A stretch of DNA of 64,000 bases from an uncultured Lachnospiraceae bacterium (GTDB lineage Bacteria > Bacillota > Clostridia > Lachnospirales > Lachnospiraceae): positions 2,763-66,762 of the forward strand of contig CALWSC010000041.1 in assembly GCA_944384105.1 (NCBI GenBank), given 5' to 3'. Positions 63,649 through 64,000 of this stretch are shown here, piece after piece (position 1 is the stretch's first letter; each line of letters opens with the position of its first letter). The notes below the pieces were generated by a model that was not told the DNA's origin, did not search any database, and saw only the letters and a program-made list of their open reading frames with translations. The translations under genes and the position numbers were made by a program.

Positions 63649-64000
63649 TTACGGTTGATATACGCAGCCCACAAACAGCGGCATCCCGTCAGTGCTGATG
63701 ATCGCAAAGAGAAACGGACGGTTGAGGTTTATCTCCATCTCCTCGGGATCCTGGGCTGCCGCTCCGGATAAGAGTATTTCCGTATAAGCTGCCGCGCTTA
63801 CTCCTTTCTCATCAATTTTCACCCTTGCATTATGCTTTGCCTGCGATACGAAAATCCCTTCCGCCTGTGACGCCAGCGGTGAGAAATCCGCCGCGCTGTT
63901 ATCGAAAACATCCGTGACTCCCAGCTTCTGCAGCCCTTCGCGCAGATCTGTCTCGGAAGTAATATCGAATTTTGGAACCGACAGATTTAAAAGGACTCCC
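63649..64000 (-). CDS. Serpin-family protease inhibitor, C-terminal part (5' end beyond the window end)
   Basis: Absent from the track. My minus-strand translation gives ...LSVPKFDITSETDLREGLQKLGVTDVFDNSAADFSPLAS...FVSQAKHNARVKIDEKGVSAAAYTE...NRPFLFAIISTDGMPLFVGCVYQP*, the canonical serpin C-terminus with its hinge region. Confidence 0.8.
   Translation of the reverse strand, partial: GVLLNLSVPKFDITSETDLREGLQKLGVTDVFDNSAADFSPLASQAEGIFVSQAKHNARVKIDEKGVSAAAYTEILLSGAAAQDPEEMEINLNRPFLFAIISTDGMPLFVGCVYQP

Overview
A 64-kb chromosomal window with gene content typical of a Gram-positive, Clostridia-like (Lachnospiraceae-type) gut bacterium; the taxon is my inference. I support about 50 protein-coding genes. 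I found no rRNA, tRNA, CRISPR array, transposase or integrase. Layout: (1) 1-33.1 kb is a large glycan-utilisation locus. A >23.9-kb minus-strand gene run carries an ABC importer, GH78, an unassigned GH-like protein, two GH42, GH127 and two GH2. Embedded in it are a DUF1537 acid-sugar kinase, a BKACE beta-keto-acid cleavage enzyme and a racemase-fold protein. A divergent plus-strand arm carries a YesM/YesN-type two-component system, a second binding protein, a SASA-type esterase, GH29 fucosidase, a URO-D/MT2-like protein and an SGNH esterase. (2) 33.1-43.6 kb is a cell-envelope polysaccharide cluster: two Wzx-type flippases, three GT2, three polytopic membrane proteins and a LicD gene interrupted by one in-frame TAG. 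(3) 43.7-46.9 kb encodes a 1060-aa secreted MBL-fold hydrolase with inserted Cna-B domains and about 20 cell-wall-binding repeats. (4) 47.0-49.3 kb holds an orphan Phd/YefM antitoxin and a visibly AT-rich islet encoding BlaI-like, sensor-less BlaR1-like and small secreted proteins. This islet faces, across a 26-bp perfect palindrome, (5) a lipoprotein/ABC-2 exporter operon at 49.3-53.1 kb with a homopolymer frameshift. (6) 53.1-56.5 kb encodes a BCCT transporter plus a wHTH-LicC-LicA fusion for choline activation. (7) 56.6-58.5 kb is a second low-GC islet with a Fic protein translationally coupled to an unrecognisable 270-aa protein. (8) The rest is a flavodoxin-like gene, purL, a decayed AraC fragment and a partial serpin. 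The candidates I rate highest for undescribed biology are the kinase/BKACE/racemase-fold trio inside the glycosidase operon, the BlaI/BlaR1/small-protein module next to the ABC-2 operon, the Fic-partner islet, and the dispersed phosphocholine decoration and remodelling gene set. All family calls come from reading motifs by eye. No database search was run.
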